From positions 11,429 through 75,428 of the forward strand of contig JALHRM010000004.1 of assembly GCA_022841445.1 (NCBI GenBank): 64,000 nucleotides of DNA, in the 5' to 3' direction. The position numbers and the translations under genes were made by a program. The notes under the pieces are model-generated. The model was not told the DNA's origin, did no database searches, and worked only from the letters and a program-made list of their open reading frames with translations. This document shows positions 9,835-20,216 of the stretch, one piece after another (the stretch's first letter is position 1; the number at the start of each line of letters is the position of its first letter). The DNA comes from Candidatus Saccharimonadota bacterium (lineage in GTDB: Bacteria; Patescibacteriota; Saccharimonadia; Saccharimonadales; UBA10212).

Positions 9835-12306
9835 TTACTCTATTGCTTTTTGGTAGGTCAAAGCGCCTTTTTTGACGTCAACAAGAACGACATCGCCTGT
9901 TTGATAATCGTCATTAATCATCCTACCGGCTATAGTGTCCTCGATTGTGTCTTGCAGCAGTCTCCTCATTGGTCTGGCACCGTTCTTAACATCATAGCCA
10001 TGTTCTACAAAGTGCTTTTTTGCAGCCTTGGTAACACTTAGTCCTAGACCTATTTTATGTATTCGAGATCGAATATCCTCAAGCTGCAACTCAAGAATTT
10101 TGGCAATATCTTTACGGGTCAGCGACCGAAACACAATAATCTTATCAATTCGATTCAGAAGCTCTGGGCGCATCAGTTTTTTAAGCTCATCATGTACTTT
10201 ACTTTTGTTTTGCTCATGCAGTTGAGCCAAATCGTTTAAATCCGCCTCGCTCGTCGCACTAAACCCAAAACTAGCTTCTTTCTGTAATCGGTCTGCACCA
10301 ACATTACTCGTCATAATGACGATAGTGTTACTAAAGTCTACTCGACGACCCTTTGCGTCACTTAAGTACCCGTCTTCCAGCATTTGTAGCAGCATATTAA
10401 AGACATCCGGGTGAGCCTTTTCGATTTCGTCGAATAGCACAACGCTATAAGGCTGGCGACGTATTTTTTCGGTAAGTTGCCCGCCGTCGTCATAGCCAAC
10501 ATATCCAGCTGGTGCACCAACCAATCGGGCGGCAGTGTGTCGTTCTCCAAACTCACTCATATCTATTTTGACCAGGTTATTAACGCTGCCGAAGAATTCT
10601 TTAGCTAACACCCGTGCCAGTTCAGTTTTACCTACACCTGTTGGTCCTAGAAATATGAATGATCCAATGGGTCGGTTTTCGGCCGAGATACCGGATCGGG
10701 AACGTCGCACGGCGCGAGCGACTGTTTCAACTGCTTCGTGCTGTCCGATTACAGATAAGCCAAGGTTTTTTTCTAAATCTCGCAAATATTTAGCTTCGCT
10801 CTTAATGACCTTATTAACAGGAACACCTGTCATGCGAGACACCGTGTCTGCCACATCATCACTCCCAAGTACAAAGGGTTTTCCTACTGCACCAGCTTGT
10901 AGTTTCTTGAGTTCTTCATTAATTTGACTGGCTCGCTGTTTTTCTCGAGCGGCACGCTCGTAATCCTCGGTATCTACCGCCTCCTCGATTCGAGTACTAA
11001 CTAGCCGTAATTCTTTTTGGAGTTGTCGTACCTTTGGCGGCGTTTTAGCCTTGTCAACTCTAAGGTGGGCGGCAGTTTCATCCATAAGGTCAATAGCCTT
11101 GTCGGGCATATATCGGTCATTTATGTACCGCGCAGCAAACTGTACCGTGTCTTCAATGACTTCGTCACTGATAGTGGCGCCATGAAAATCTTCATAGTGC
11201 CGACGAAGGCCTTTTAGTATTGCGACCGTCTCACCACGATTGGTTTCAGGCACTTGGATGGGTTGGAAACGACGCTCCAAAGCAGCATCTTTTTCAATGT
11301 ATCGAGTGTATTCATCAGTTGTCGTAGCCCCAATGAGTTGAATTTTCCCGCGTGCCAGGGCCGGTTTTAAGATGTTTCCGGCATCCATACTACCTTCAGC
11401 CGCACCTGCTCCAACGATTAGATGCAGTTCATCGATAAATAAAATAGTACGACTATCATTCTCTAGTTCAGTCATAACTTTTTTAAGGCGATCTTCAAAT
11501 TCACCTCGATACTTTGTGCCGGCAATCATCCCAGCTAAATCAAGCATAATTATGCGCTTATCAAGCAAACTATCTGGCACCTCTTCGTTGACAATACGCT
11601 GAGCAAGACCTTCAACGATAGCAGTTTTACCCACCCCCGGTTCACCGATCAGCACAGGGTTGTTCTTTGTGCGCCGATTCAAAATTGTGATAACCCGACG
11701 AATTTGAATTTCCCGCCCTACAACCGGGTCAAGCTTGCCACTTTTCGCCTGATCGGTAAGGTTTGTACCAAAAAACTCTACGGCAGATTTCTTGCCAGAT
11801 TTGGTTTTTTTGTGCTGTGAGCTTGTACTATTTTCGTCAAACTGCTGCTTATTAAGAAATCGTTCTAGCTCACTCGTAACATTATCAACATTAATGTTCA
11901 TGTCGCGAAGAAGCACCGTTGCTCGAGCGTTTTTCTGACTCAGTATGCTGTAAAGGATATGTTCCGTGCCGCAAAAATCTTGATTAAAGTCCTGAGCAAT
12001 TTCCCATGCCATTTTTAGCGTCAGCTTGGCAGTTTCAGACAAGCCCTTCGCTCCAATATTTATAACAAGTGTTTTGGGGGTCAGGTTAAGTGCCAGTCGA
12101 GCACGTTCAAGCGTAATCCCCGAATCTGTGAGAATTTTTGCCCCCATTGAACCCTCTTGGGCAAGGACACCAAGAAGAAGGTGTTCAGTACCGATGTAGG
12201 CACTGCCACTCGCTCGCGCTATCTGGTCAGCCTGTTTAAGACTGTGCAGCGCGTTGTCCGTTAAGTGATGTAGAAAGTCCTGGAAATCAGGGCCTTGTGG
12301 CATCAT
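9835..12306 (-). CDS. clpC: Clp protease ATP-binding subunit ClpC
   Basis: Two Clp-N repeats (GTEH), [11 protein letters not shown]-type middle domain (EDYERAA), GPTGVGKT, short M-domain. Confidence 0.93.
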   Translation of the reverse strand: MMPQGPDFQDFLHHLTDNALHSLKQADQIARASGSAYIGTEHLLLGVLAQEGSMGAKILTDSGITLERARLALNLTPKTLVINIGAKGLSETAKLTLKMAWEIAQDFNQDFCGTEHILYSILSQKNARATVLLRDMNINVDNVTSELERFLNKQQFDENSTSSQHKKTKSGKKSAVEFFGTNLTDQAKSGKLDPVVGREIQIRRVITILNRRTKNNPVLIGEPGVGKTAIVEGLAQRIVNEEVPDSLLDKRIIMLDLAGMIAGTKYRGEFEDRLKKVMTELENDSRTILFIDELHLIVGAGAAEGSMDAGNILKPALARGKIQLIGATTTDEYTRYIEKDAALERRFQPIQVPETNRGETVAILKGLRRHYEDFHGATISDEVIEDTVQFAARYINDRYMPDKAIDLMDETAAHLRVDKAKTPPKVRQLQKELRLVSTRIEEAVDTEDYERAAREKQRASQINEELKKLQAGAVGKPFVLGSDDVADTVSRMTGVPVNKVIKSEAKYLRDLEKNLGLSVIGQHEAVETVARAVRRSRSGISAENRPIGSFIFLGPTGVGKTELARVLAKEFFGSVNNLVKIDMSEFGERHTAARLVGAPAGYVGYDDGGQLTEKIRRQPYSVVLFDEIEKAHPDVFNMLLQMLEDGYLSDAKGRRVDFSNTIVIMTSNVGADRLQKEASFGFSATSEADLNDLAQLHEQNKSKVHDELKKLMRPELLNRIDKIIVFRSLTRKDIAKILELQLEDIRSRIHKIGLGLSVTKAAKKHFVEHGYDVKNGARPMRRLLQDTIEDTIAGRMINDDYQTGDVVLVDVKKGALTYQKAIE

Positions 12307-12356
12307 AGTTCTTCACACCCTTTCTGAGCTTCAAATATTTTAGAAGTTCTACTGCC

Positions 12357-12395
12357 ATGATACACAAACTAGCACTCTAACGTCAAGAGTGCCAA
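12357..12395 (-). promoter_or_regulatory. CIRCE element (HrcA operator) overlapping the clpC promoter
   Basis: Minus strand TTGGCACTC-N9-GAGTGCTAG (12395-12369) versus consensus TTAGCACTC-N9-GAGTGCTAA. -35 TTGACG lies inside the spacer and -10 TATCAT is 18 nt further on. Confidence 0.88.
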
Positions 12396-12402
12396 ACACG
12401 AT

Positions 12403-13593
12403 CTATTTTTGTTCTTCGCCGTGCTGTTCGATAGCGTCAAGCAAGCTGTTTTCAAGATCGGTTTTCTTCTTAAGCTTTGGTGCGGCTGGCTTCGGCGCAG
12501 GTGCTTCTTGTACTTTTGGCTGTTCGGCGGTTTTGGGTTCTGGTTTTGGCGCAGAATCGGCAGATTCAACATCTAGTTCATATCCGGTAAGTTTACTAGC
12601 AAGACGGACATTCTGACCACCTTTGCCTATGGCTATACTCAGTTGGTCATCGGCAACAATTACTTGTGCTTTTTGTGCTGCTTGATCGATTACTACTCGC
12701 GTAACATTGGCTGGTTTCATGGCGCTAGAAATAAAGGTACTTACATCTGCATCCCATACAATGATGTCGATCATTTCCTGGCTGCCAATTTCATCTCGGA
12801 CAGCATTGATGCGCGTCCCATGACCACCAACGAATGTTCCGACAGGATCAACTCCTTGTACATTGCTGGCCACAGCGATTTTTGAACGGATACCAGCTTC
12901 ACGGGCAATCAGTTTTATTTCTACTGCGCCGTTTTCCATTTCAGGCACTTCGTTGCGAAATAAATGTTCTACAAATTCCTTTGTACCACGACTAACGATA
13001 AGCTGTGGGCCACGAAAACCTTTTTCGACTTCCTTGAGGTAAAACTTCAAACGTTGACCAGTATAATATCGCTCACCCTGAATTTGCTCACTGGCAGGCA
13101 TTATCCCTTGTGCACGACCAAGCTCGACCCGCACCATCCGGCCCTCTACTCGATTAACGACACCGTTGACTATACTACCGATTTTATCTTCGTATTCATT
13201 GAGTACGATTTCTCGCTCTGCTTCGCGTAGACGCTGCAAAATTACCTGCTTGGCAGTTTGGGCTGCAACACGTCCAAAGTCTTCGACAGGACTCTGAATT
13301 TCTACCATATCGCCGACGGCCGCGTTTTTTTGGATCACCTGCGCGGCAGCTAGATTCATCTGATACTTATCATCTTCTACTTCGTCAACAACTTCCTTCG
13401 AAACATAGGCAATCACCTCGCCGTTGTTGAGATTCATTGTGACACGTACTTCTTGTTCCCTTTCACCATAGTCACGACGATAAGCGGCAGCAAGCGCCTG
13501 CTCGACAATTTCTTGGACTTGGTCTTCTGGTAAATTTTTTTCTTCGGCTATTGTCTTTATAGCTGTGGCAAGTTGTTTAAAGTCTAGGTTCAT
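12403..13593 (-). CDS. nusA: Transcription termination/antitermination factor NusA
   Basis: FGRVAAQTAKQ, S1 domain, two KH domains (AIGKGGQNVRLA), Pro/Lys-rich tail. Confidence 0.96.
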   Translation of the reverse strand: MNLDFKQLATAIKTIAEEKNLPEDQVQEIVEQALAAAYRRDYGEREQEVRVTMNLNNGEVIAYVSKEVVDEVEDDKYQMNLAAAQVIQKNAAVGDMVEIQSPVEDFGRVAAQTAKQVILQRLREAEREIVLNEYEDKIGSIVNGVVNRVEGRMVRVELGRAQGIMPASEQIQGERYYTGQRLKFYLKEVEKGFRGPQLIVSRGTKEFVEHLFRNEVPEMENGAVEIKLIAREAGIRSKIAVASNVQGVDPVGTFVGGHGTRINAVRDEIGSQEMIDIIVWDADVSTFISSAMKPANVTRVVIDQAAQKAQVIVADDQLSIAIGKGGQNVRLASKLTGYELDVESADSAPKPEPKTAEQPKVQEAPAPKPAAPKLKKKTDLENSLLDAIEQHGEEQK

Positions 13594-13630
13594 TTATTTA
13601 TCTCCAAAATGTATGAATAGTTATGATATG

Positions 13631-13655
13631 AAAAAATCCGACCAATCGGGCCGGA
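13631..13655 (-). terminator. Intrinsic terminator (attenuator) in the nusA 5' leader
   Basis: Minus strand TCCGGCC-CGATT-GGTCGGA-TTTTTT, lying between an extended -10 (TGtTAAAAT, 13678-13670) and the nusA ATG. Confidence 0.7.
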
Positions 13656-13744
13656 CTCGTACACTCATTATTTTAACAGAACACCCTTTGCAAAGGAAAC
13701 TAATATACCAGCAACTATGGATTAATTATGTCATAATAGCCGCC

Positions 13745-14443
13745 ATGCATGTACGTGAAGCTGAATTTTCAGAGGTTCCGAATCCAAGACTGTATGCTCA
13801 AGTATTTGATTTGAGTCTTCGAGCAACAAGATGTTTACTTGCCTATCAAGTGGAAGGAAGTGAACATATACCGCAACATGGTGGTGCGCTTGTAGTCTCT
13901 AACCACTTGAAGCTGCGTGATCCTATTTTTACAGGGCTTGCGACCGGATTAACGAGCCGGCGAGCAGCTTACATAATGGCGAAGAAAGAACTATTCGTGC
14001 CGTTACTAGGCATTGATAAGCATTTGCGGGGCGTTGGCGCGTTTCCCGTCGATCGCAACGATCCGGGTACGGAGTCGATACGAGAAGCGTGTGCTTATAT
14101 TGAAGATGGCGCGCTGGTTTTTATGTACCCCCAGGGCACGCGCTCTTCTAAAAATGATGTAGTTAGTATACATGAAGGAGCAGCCAGCATACTTACGAGA
14201 ACGGAAGCGCCCTTATCAGTAATGGGCATCGCATACGGCGGCTTACTTCGAGCAGCGACATCTGTAGCGCCAACTGCCAGCTACGGCGAACTACGCGACC
14301 AAGCAACACAAGGATTACACCGTCCAAGCAAAAAAGATGTGCGACAGGCGCTTACTGCACTCATCGCTTCAAAAATACAGCAGCAGCAACTTAGGGCGCA
14401 CTTGAGGCTAGCTGGTAATCGTAATCCTGTGCCAGTCTGTTAG
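13745..14443 (+). CDS. Lysophospholipid acyltransferase (PlsC-like)
   Basis: NHxxxxD (SNHLKLRD), AKKEL, FPVDR, PQGTRS. Start moved to ATG 13745 (TGtCATAAT 7 nt upstream), which avoids overlap with nusA. Confidence 0.85.
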   Translation: MHVREAEFSEVPNPRLYAQVFDLSLRATRCLLAYQVEGSEHIPQHGGALVVSNHLKLRDPIFTGLATGLTSRRAAYIMAKKELFVPLLGIDKHLRGVGAFPVDRNDPGTESIREACAYIEDGALVFMYPQGTRSSKNDVVSIHEGAASILTRTEAPLSVMGIAYGGLLRAATSVAPTASYGELRDQATQGLHRPSKKDVRQALTALIASKIQQQQLRAHLRLAGNRNPVPVC

Positions 14444-14453
14444 AATCAAGGCT

Positions 14454-17036
14454 ATGGCAAAAACAGTTACTCGACTATACAAAGGCTTTCAACCAGAAAC
14501 ATACCAACTAGAGTTAGATATTGATCCACTTACGATGAAGTTCACCGGGTCAGTTATCATCGAAGGAAAGAAATCCGGACAGCCCAGCAACCGGCTGACA
14601 TTTCATCAAAACGCGCTAAAAATTATTTCTGCCGATATTGTTTACCTCAGTAAAAAAGGTCAGCAGATAAAGTTAGTTGATCGAATCAATCACCACCAGA
14701 AATTCCACGAAGTTAGGCTACACAGCAGTGAAAAATTGTTTGCTGGAACGTACCGAATATCCCTTCAGTTTGAAGGCAAAATTACAGAATCAATGACCGG
14801 ACTTTACCCTGGATACTACAAACAGGGGGTCGAAAAGCAGATGGTACTATCAACACAGTTCGAAAGCCACCATGCCCGAGAGGTATTCCCTTGTATTGAT
14901 GAACCAGAAGCCAAAGCAACCTTTAGCCTAACACTCCGATCTCCAGAAAATGTCACTGCACTCAGCAACACCCGGCCAAAATCTTCCAAAATTTCTGGTT
15001 CACATAGAGTAACTACGTTTGAAACTACTCCAAAAATGAGTACGTACTTATTGGCGTTTGTTGTTGGCGACTTGGTAAAATACGAATCAAAAACTAAAAC
15101 TGGTGTTGATGTAACGTTGTATGCATGCTCTGGTCAAAATCCTGATCACTTAGCTTTTGCTGCAGACATAACAGTCAAAGCTCTTGAATTTTTTGAAGAC
15201 TATTTTGGTGTTGCGTATCCCATGACCAAGTCAGATCAAGTGGCCTTACCTGAGTTTGAGTCAGCTGCCATGGAAAATTGGGGATTGATTACATACCGGG
15301 AATCATGTCTGCTGGTCGACCCGAAAAGCAGCAGTATAGAAACAAAGCAAACAGTAGCTGAAGTAATTTGCCATGAACTCAGCCACCAGTGGTTCGGAAA
15401 TCTCGTCACCATGAAGTGGTGGGACGATCTATGGCTTAACGAAAGTTTTGCCAATATGATGGCTTTTATTGCTGTTGATGAACTGTTCTCGGAATGGAAC
15501 ATATGGGAACAGTACGTTGCAACCGACACTAATGCGGCGATGCGGCGCGATGCGTTAGCCAATGTGCAGTCCGTACGAGTAAACGTTAACCATCCTGACG
15601 AAATCGGCACTTTGTTTGACCCGTCTATCGTTTACGCCAAAGGCGGCTCACTGCTTCGTATGCTATGGTCGCTACTTGATAAATCTGAATTTAGAGCCGG
15701 CTTAAAAAATTATTTTGAAAAGCATGCTTTCGCCAACACAACTGCAAGCGACCTCTGGAAAGAATTTGATGCAGCATCAGGGAGTGATATCGGATTGATG
15801 ATGAAGCACTGGATTAGCGATCCAGGTTATCCGATCATCAGCATAGAGCATCAACCAGGCGCAGACCACGCTATTGTTGCTCAGGAAAGATTTGTTATCG
15901 GCCCAAATAATGACAAAACCTCGCCTACTTGGCATGTGCCACTGGCGACTACATTACCGGTAACTCCAAATATACTGACTTCAAAACATGCACGAATTAG
16001 CATAGATACTAACGGTAGCGATCCATTATTGTTCAACCATCAATCAGTTAGCTATTTTCTTCCGCACTACACAAACAAAGACCATTTTGCGCATATAACA
16101 AAGGCTGTACAAACAGGTCAGCTCAGCACTATTGACCGTTTGCAGCTACTAACTAACTACACACTTTTACAACGAGCAGGAGTCGTTAAGACGACTACCG
16201 TTTTACAACTGCTGGAATCATATTCAGTCGAAACCGAAGAGCCGGTATGGAGCAATATTGCTGCGGTATTGGCTGAGGCGAGACGGCTAGTTGCCGGCGA
16301 CGTAGCCTCAGAACAAAAACTTAATGCCCACATAAGGAACATTACAAAAAATGCTGTCCAAAGCATTGATTGGGATGGAAAATCAAGCGATACGCCAAAA
16401 ACGCAAAGACTACGCAATTTACTACTACATATGGCTGCAGCTGCTGAGATGCCGGAAGTTATTGCCGAAGGCAAAAAGCGGTTCAAACTATTTAAGCGAC
16501 CAGCGGATCTGTCATCTGAAGTACGTGACGTAGTTTATTTTGTCGGCGCAAGGTACGGCAATGATGCAGACTTTAAAAAATTACTCGACTTATATCGAGC
16601 TACCGAGAACGCTGAAGACAAAGATGATCTTGCAGCATCACTACTTACTACCCGCAACCCAAAACACATAGCAACGCTGCTCGCGATGATAAAAACAGAG
16701 GTTCGACTTCAAGACATAATTCGTTGGTATGCTCGATTGATGGGAAACTATGATGCCCGAGCAGCGACATGGCAATGGTTAAAAGATGAATGGAGTTGGG
16801 TGCATAAAACGCTTGATGCCAACAAAACATTTGACTATGTACCACGTTATGCTGCTCAAGTATTTTCACATCAATACGAGCTAGATGATTATCGAAAGTT
16901 TTTCGAACCGAAAAAAAGTCTCGTAATACTTTCCCGGGCTATCACCATCGGAGATGAAGATATTGCCGGCAAAGTTGCTTGGCGAAAAGCCAATGAGTCG
17001 TCTATCAAAAAGTGGCTGAGCGCACTACCTGACTAG
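14454..17036 (+). CDS. pepN: M1 family aminopeptidase N
   Basis: AAMENWG, HELSH-x18-E (WLNES), YAKG, ERAP1-like C-terminal domain. Confidence 0.93.
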   Translation: MAKTVTRLYKGFQPETYQLELDIDPLTMKFTGSVIIEGKKSGQPSNRLTFHQNALKIISADIVYLSKKGQQIKLVDRINHHQKFHEVRLHSSEKLFAGTYRISLQFEGKITESMTGLYPGYYKQGVEKQMVLSTQFESHHAREVFPCIDEPEAKATFSLTLRSPENVTALSNTRPKSSKISGSHRVTTFETTPKMSTYLLAFVVGDLVKYESKTKTGVDVTLYACSGQNPDHLAFAADITVKALEFFEDYFGVAYPMTKSDQVALPEFESAAMENWGLITYRESCLLVDPKSSSIETKQTVAEVICHELSHQWFGNLVTMKWWDDLWLNESFANMMAFIAVDELFSEWNIWEQYVATDTNAAMRRDALANVQSVRVNVNHPDEIGTLFDPSIVYAKGGSLLRMLWSLLDKSEFRAGLKNYFEKHAFANTTASDLWKEFDAASGSDIGLMMKHWISDPGYPIISIEHQPGADHAIVAQERFVIGPNNDKTSPTWHVPLATTLPVTPNILTSKHARISIDTNGSDPLLFNHQSVSYFLPHYTNKDHFAHITKAVQTGQLSTIDRLQLLTNYTLLQRAGVVKTTTVLQLLESYSVETEEPVWSNIAAVLAEARRLVAGDVASEQKLNAHIRNITKNAVQSIDWDGKSSDTPKTQRLRNLLLHMAAAAEMPEVIAEGKKRFKLFKRPADLSSEVRDVVYFVGARYGNDADFKKLLDLYRATENAEDKDDLAASLLTTRNPKHIATLLAMIKTEVRLQDIIRWYARLMGNYDARAATWQWLKDEWSWVHKTLDANKTFDYVPRYAAQVFSHQYELDDYRKFFEPKKSLVILSRAITIGDEDIAGKVAWRKANESSIKKWLSALPD

Positions 17037-17368
17037 ATTTCAACGAAAGATATCTGCTGGAAGACATCTCCGGAAACTTCAGCAGCAGCAAGCTGCATTT
17101 GTCCCTGCCAATTATTATAGCTAGCCCATATTTGTGCCGCGTACTGCATCCGTGACAACTTAGTACTCGTTATGTAGGAAAAGCCAGTGCCCTGCTTAGT
17201 GTTGCGTCGATATTTAACTTCGACGAAATACATCGTGCCGTTTTTATTGGCTACAATATCTATTTCGCAGCGTGATGTTTTCCAGTTCTTGGCAATAATT
17301 TTATACTGTTTATTGGCTAGATAACTGACTACAGCCTGTTCAGCCTGCTGCCCTATGAGTAATGTCAT
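17033..17368 (-). CDS. yraN: YraN/UPF0102 family PD-(D/E)xK nuclease
   Basis: GQQAE, EIDIVA and FVEVKYR motifs; usual position downstream of rnhB. Confidence 0.88.
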   Translation of the reverse strand: MTLLIGQQAEQAVVSYLANKQYKIIAKNWKTSRCEIDIVANKNGTMYFVEVKYRRNTKQGTGFSYITSTKLSRMQYAAQIWASYNNWQGQMQLAAAEVSGDVFQQISFVEI

Positions 17369-17372
17369 ACAA

Positions 17373-17930
17373 CTAGACTAATTCACGTATCGGCTTAAAA
17401 CAAAAGCGGTGTACTGCCGCCAATGGGCCGTGCTTTCGCAGTGCGTTACTATGTAGTCTAGTACCGTATCCGACGTGGCGCTCAAAGCCATATTCCGGAT
17501 ACGTTGTAGATAACTGTTCCATGTAGGCATCACGCGCTACCTTTGCCCAAATACTAGCAGCCGAAACAATTGGCACTGAACTATCGGCTTTAACACGAGT
17601 TTCCACAAATTCATACTCGATAGGAATATAGTTAAACTTACCATCGAGTATGATATGTTCGCTGCGAGAGACGCTGATAGACGCAAGTGCACGCGAAGCA
17701 CCTATCGTTAAGCTGGTCGATAAACCAAATTGATCAATTTCAGCGGGCTCCACCCAACCCTCACCAAACTCACAAGTACCTAAAAGCTCCCTACTAAAAT
17801 GTTGTCTCTGTAGATTGCTGAGTGCTTTGGAGTCTGTAATTCCTGCCGGCAGATTATGAACCGATCGTGCCGCAACGACGAGCAAAGGACCTGCCCATGC
17901 TCCACGGCCAACTTCATCAATGCCAATCAT
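17373..17930 (-). CDS. rnhB: Ribonuclease HII
   Basis: GIDEVGRG, DSK, LDG, SAASIWAKVARD, GYGT. Confidence 0.95.
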   Translation of the reverse strand: MIGIDEVGRGAWAGPLLVVAARSVHNLPAGITDSKALSNLQRQHFSRELLGTCEFGEGWVEPAEIDQFGLSTSLTIGASRALASISVSRSEHIILDGKFNYIPIEYEFVETRVKADSSVPIVSAASIWAKVARDAYMEQLSTTYPEYGFERHVGYGTRLHSNALRKHGPLAAVHRFCFKPIRELV

Positions 17931-17972
17931 GTCACAATAATAAATTCACACCCTGAAAAAAATCAAAAGTAC

Positions 17973-18482
17973 TTAGGACTGTTTGGTTTCGTCTTTTGTC
18001 GACTGAGTTTTTTCCACTTTATCGACGACTGGATCTGGGGCGTTCTGGACAGCCTGAACTTCTGAATCCTGAACGGAGTCGGTCGTTTCATCAACAGGAG
18101 TATCTTCTGGAATATCATTGACAGCCTGCTTATCAAAGTCGACACCAAGTAATCGAGCTCGCTTACCAGTACGCTCGCGCATGTAGGTCAGGTAATTCCG
18201 ACGTACTTTACTGCGCTTTGTTACTTCAATCTTAACTACGTTTGGAGAGTGTAATAAATACGATTTTTCAACACCAATGCCACTTGCAATTCGACGCACT
18301 GTGATGCTACTGGTGATACTGCTCTTTCGGTCAACACGAATGACTAGGCCTTCAAATATCTGGATACGCTCTTTGCCACCTTCGACGATTTTCTGGTGGA
18401 CACGAACAGTGTCTCCTGAACGGACATCAACAACAGCAGATTTCTTGTAGCTGTTTTCTAATTTTTTGAGAATACTTTGCAT
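17973..18482 (-). CDS. rplS: 50S ribosomal protein L19 with acidic C-terminal extension
   Basis: GDTVRVHQKIVEGGKERIQIFEG, VRRIASGIGVEK, KVRRNYLTYMR. Confidence 0.96.
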   Translation of the reverse strand: MQSILKKLENSYKKSAVVDVRSGDTVRVHQKIVEGGKERIQIFEGLVIRVDRKSSITSSITVRRIASGIGVEKSYLLHSPNVVKIEVTKRSKVRRNYLTYMRERTGKRARLLGVDFDKQAVNDIPEDTPVDETTDSVQDSEVQAVQNAPDPVVDKVEKTQSTKDETKQS

Positions 18483-18545
18483 AAGACCAAGTTATTATAA
18501 CGGAGAGGGGTCAGATTAGCAACACCTGTCATTAAGGTAGTCACA

Positions 18546-20147
18546 CTAGCCTACGACACGGTAAACTTCTTCAATAGTTGTTTCGCCGGCAATTGCTTTC
18601 AAAATACCGTCATGCAACATGGTGCGCATACCCTCTTCTACGGCTTTGTCTTGCAGCGCCGATGTAGTGACTTGAGCTGGTGGGAGTCGCAGCAATTGTT
18701 GAACGCCAGGCGTCATGCGCAACTGTTCACGGAGTGCAATTTGCCCACTGTAGCCAAAAGGCACTGCAGGGGAAGACCCAGGATTATACAGAGTAACTTC
18801 ATTAATGTTCGGTCTTTCAATTCCGGGCGGAAAAGTATCAATAATGGCCTGAAGTTGTGCTTTTAACCCGTCATCAGGCTGATAAGACTGCTTGGTACTA
18901 TCATCCAAACGACGCACCAGGCGCTGCGCCATCACCAAGTGAATTGCATTTGCGAACAACGGGTTGATACCGATTGCATCTAGCATACGAGTTAAGGCTG
19001 CTGCTGCAGAACTTGCATGAAAGGTACTTAATACTAGGTGGCCAGTTAGAGCAGCCTGCAATGACGTTTTGGCAGTATCGGCATCTCGAATCTCGCCGAC
19101 CATCACGACATCAGGGTCAAGTCGCAACACAGCCCGCAGCTTTTCTGCAAACCCCTGGTCACCAAGTTCACCGTGAACCGGTATTTGAACAACACCTGGC
19201 ATGAAATATTCCACCGGATCTTCTAATGTGATGATTTTGTTTTCGGGCGTATTTAAAGTGTTGATAAGCGAGTAAAGCGTGGTTGTCTTACCAGAACCGG
19301 TCGGCCCGACGATTAACACTAATCCGGTAGGATGCTTGATAACATCTTGAACGACTTCCATCTCATCGGGAGCAAGCCCGAGATTTTCTAATTTAAAGTA
19401 CTCCAATTTCATGTTAAACAAGCGCATCACTGCGTCCATGCCATATACCGTAGGAACTGTTTCTACACGAAGGTTAATTGTTACTTCCTCGCCAGTCGCA
19501 AGTCGATATTGAGAATGTATGTGTCCTGTTTGGGCTTCTTCAGAACCTGTTGATACATTGGCAGCGACCGCCAGGCTAGAGCTTAATTGCCGGTATTTTT
19601 CATAACTGACATGAGCTACCGGATGCAAAATACCGTCGACCCGAAAGCGTATACGAACATTGTCCTGCTGGCACTCTAGATGAATATCGCTGGCTTTGAG
19701 CTGATAGGCTTGCTGAACAAGATAAGCGAGTGTGTCATCGGATCTTACCTGGTTAAGTGTCTCCGAAACGCGGCTAATCATATCCTCGGCGCCCTCTTGG
19801 CCAGCTACTGATATATCTTCGTATTCGATCTTGGCCGGCGGATCGTACAGCCGCATATAATCATTAAACCCCGTTTCAGAAATAATCGAATAGGCGACAC
19901 GATAGTCGGAAAAGCGACCGCGAAGTGTATTAAGCACTTGCTGCGATGTGGTTGTCGTTATACCAAAATGGATATTGTGCTGATCAGCAGTTAGCGGAAT
20001 AACTCTGAATTTGTACAGTTCGTCATTCGTTAATATATCTTTATGTAGCTGCTTATCAAAAGCAGTCGTATCGACATAGTTAAGCCCCAGCACACCAGCG
20101 CGGCGTTTGGTTGCAAATTCTTCGTCTTTACGGGCATCTTGCGACAT
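18546..20147 (-). CDS. GspE/PilB-family secretion or pilus ATPase lacking the tetracysteine motif
   Basis: ASDIH, GPTGSGKTTT, TLEDPVE, LRLDPDVVMVGEIRD, TGHLVLSTFH, AQRLVRRL. Confidence 0.92.
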   Translation of the reverse strand: MSQDARKDEEFATKRRAGVLGLNYVDTTAFDKQLHKDILTNDELYKFRVIPLTADQHNIHFGITTTTSQQVLNTLRGRFSDYRVAYSIISETGFNDYMRLYDPPAKIEYEDISVAGQEGAEDMISRVSETLNQVRSDDTLAYLVQQAYQLKASDIHLECQQDNVRIRFRVDGILHPVAHVSYEKYRQLSSSLAVAANVSTGSEEAQTGHIHSQYRLATGEEVTINLRVETVPTVYGMDAVMRLFNMKLEYFKLENLGLAPDEMEVVQDVIKHPTGLVLIVGPTGSGKTTTLYSLINTLNTPENKIITLEDPVEYFMPGVVQIPVHGELGDQGFAEKLRAVLRLDPDVVMVGEIRDADTAKTSLQAALTGHLVLSTFHASSAAAALTRMLDAIGINPLFANAIHLVMAQRLVRRLDDSTKQSYQPDDGLKAQLQAIIDTFPPGIERPNINEVTLYNPGSSPAVPFGYSGQIALREQLRMTPGVQQLLRLPPAQVTTSALQDKAVEEGMRTMLHDGILKAIAGETTIEEVYRVVG

Positions 20148-20216
20148 TACAGAGCCTAGTATAAACCACTAGCGTTTCGATTGCGACGCCACACGCGCTA
20201 TAGTATTCACTACTCA

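Noticed and set aside
13565..13744. N-terminal 60 aa of the 292-aa track ORF
   Set aside because: It overlaps the nusA start, leader and promoter on the other strand. ATG 13745 has a -10 box at the typical spacing.
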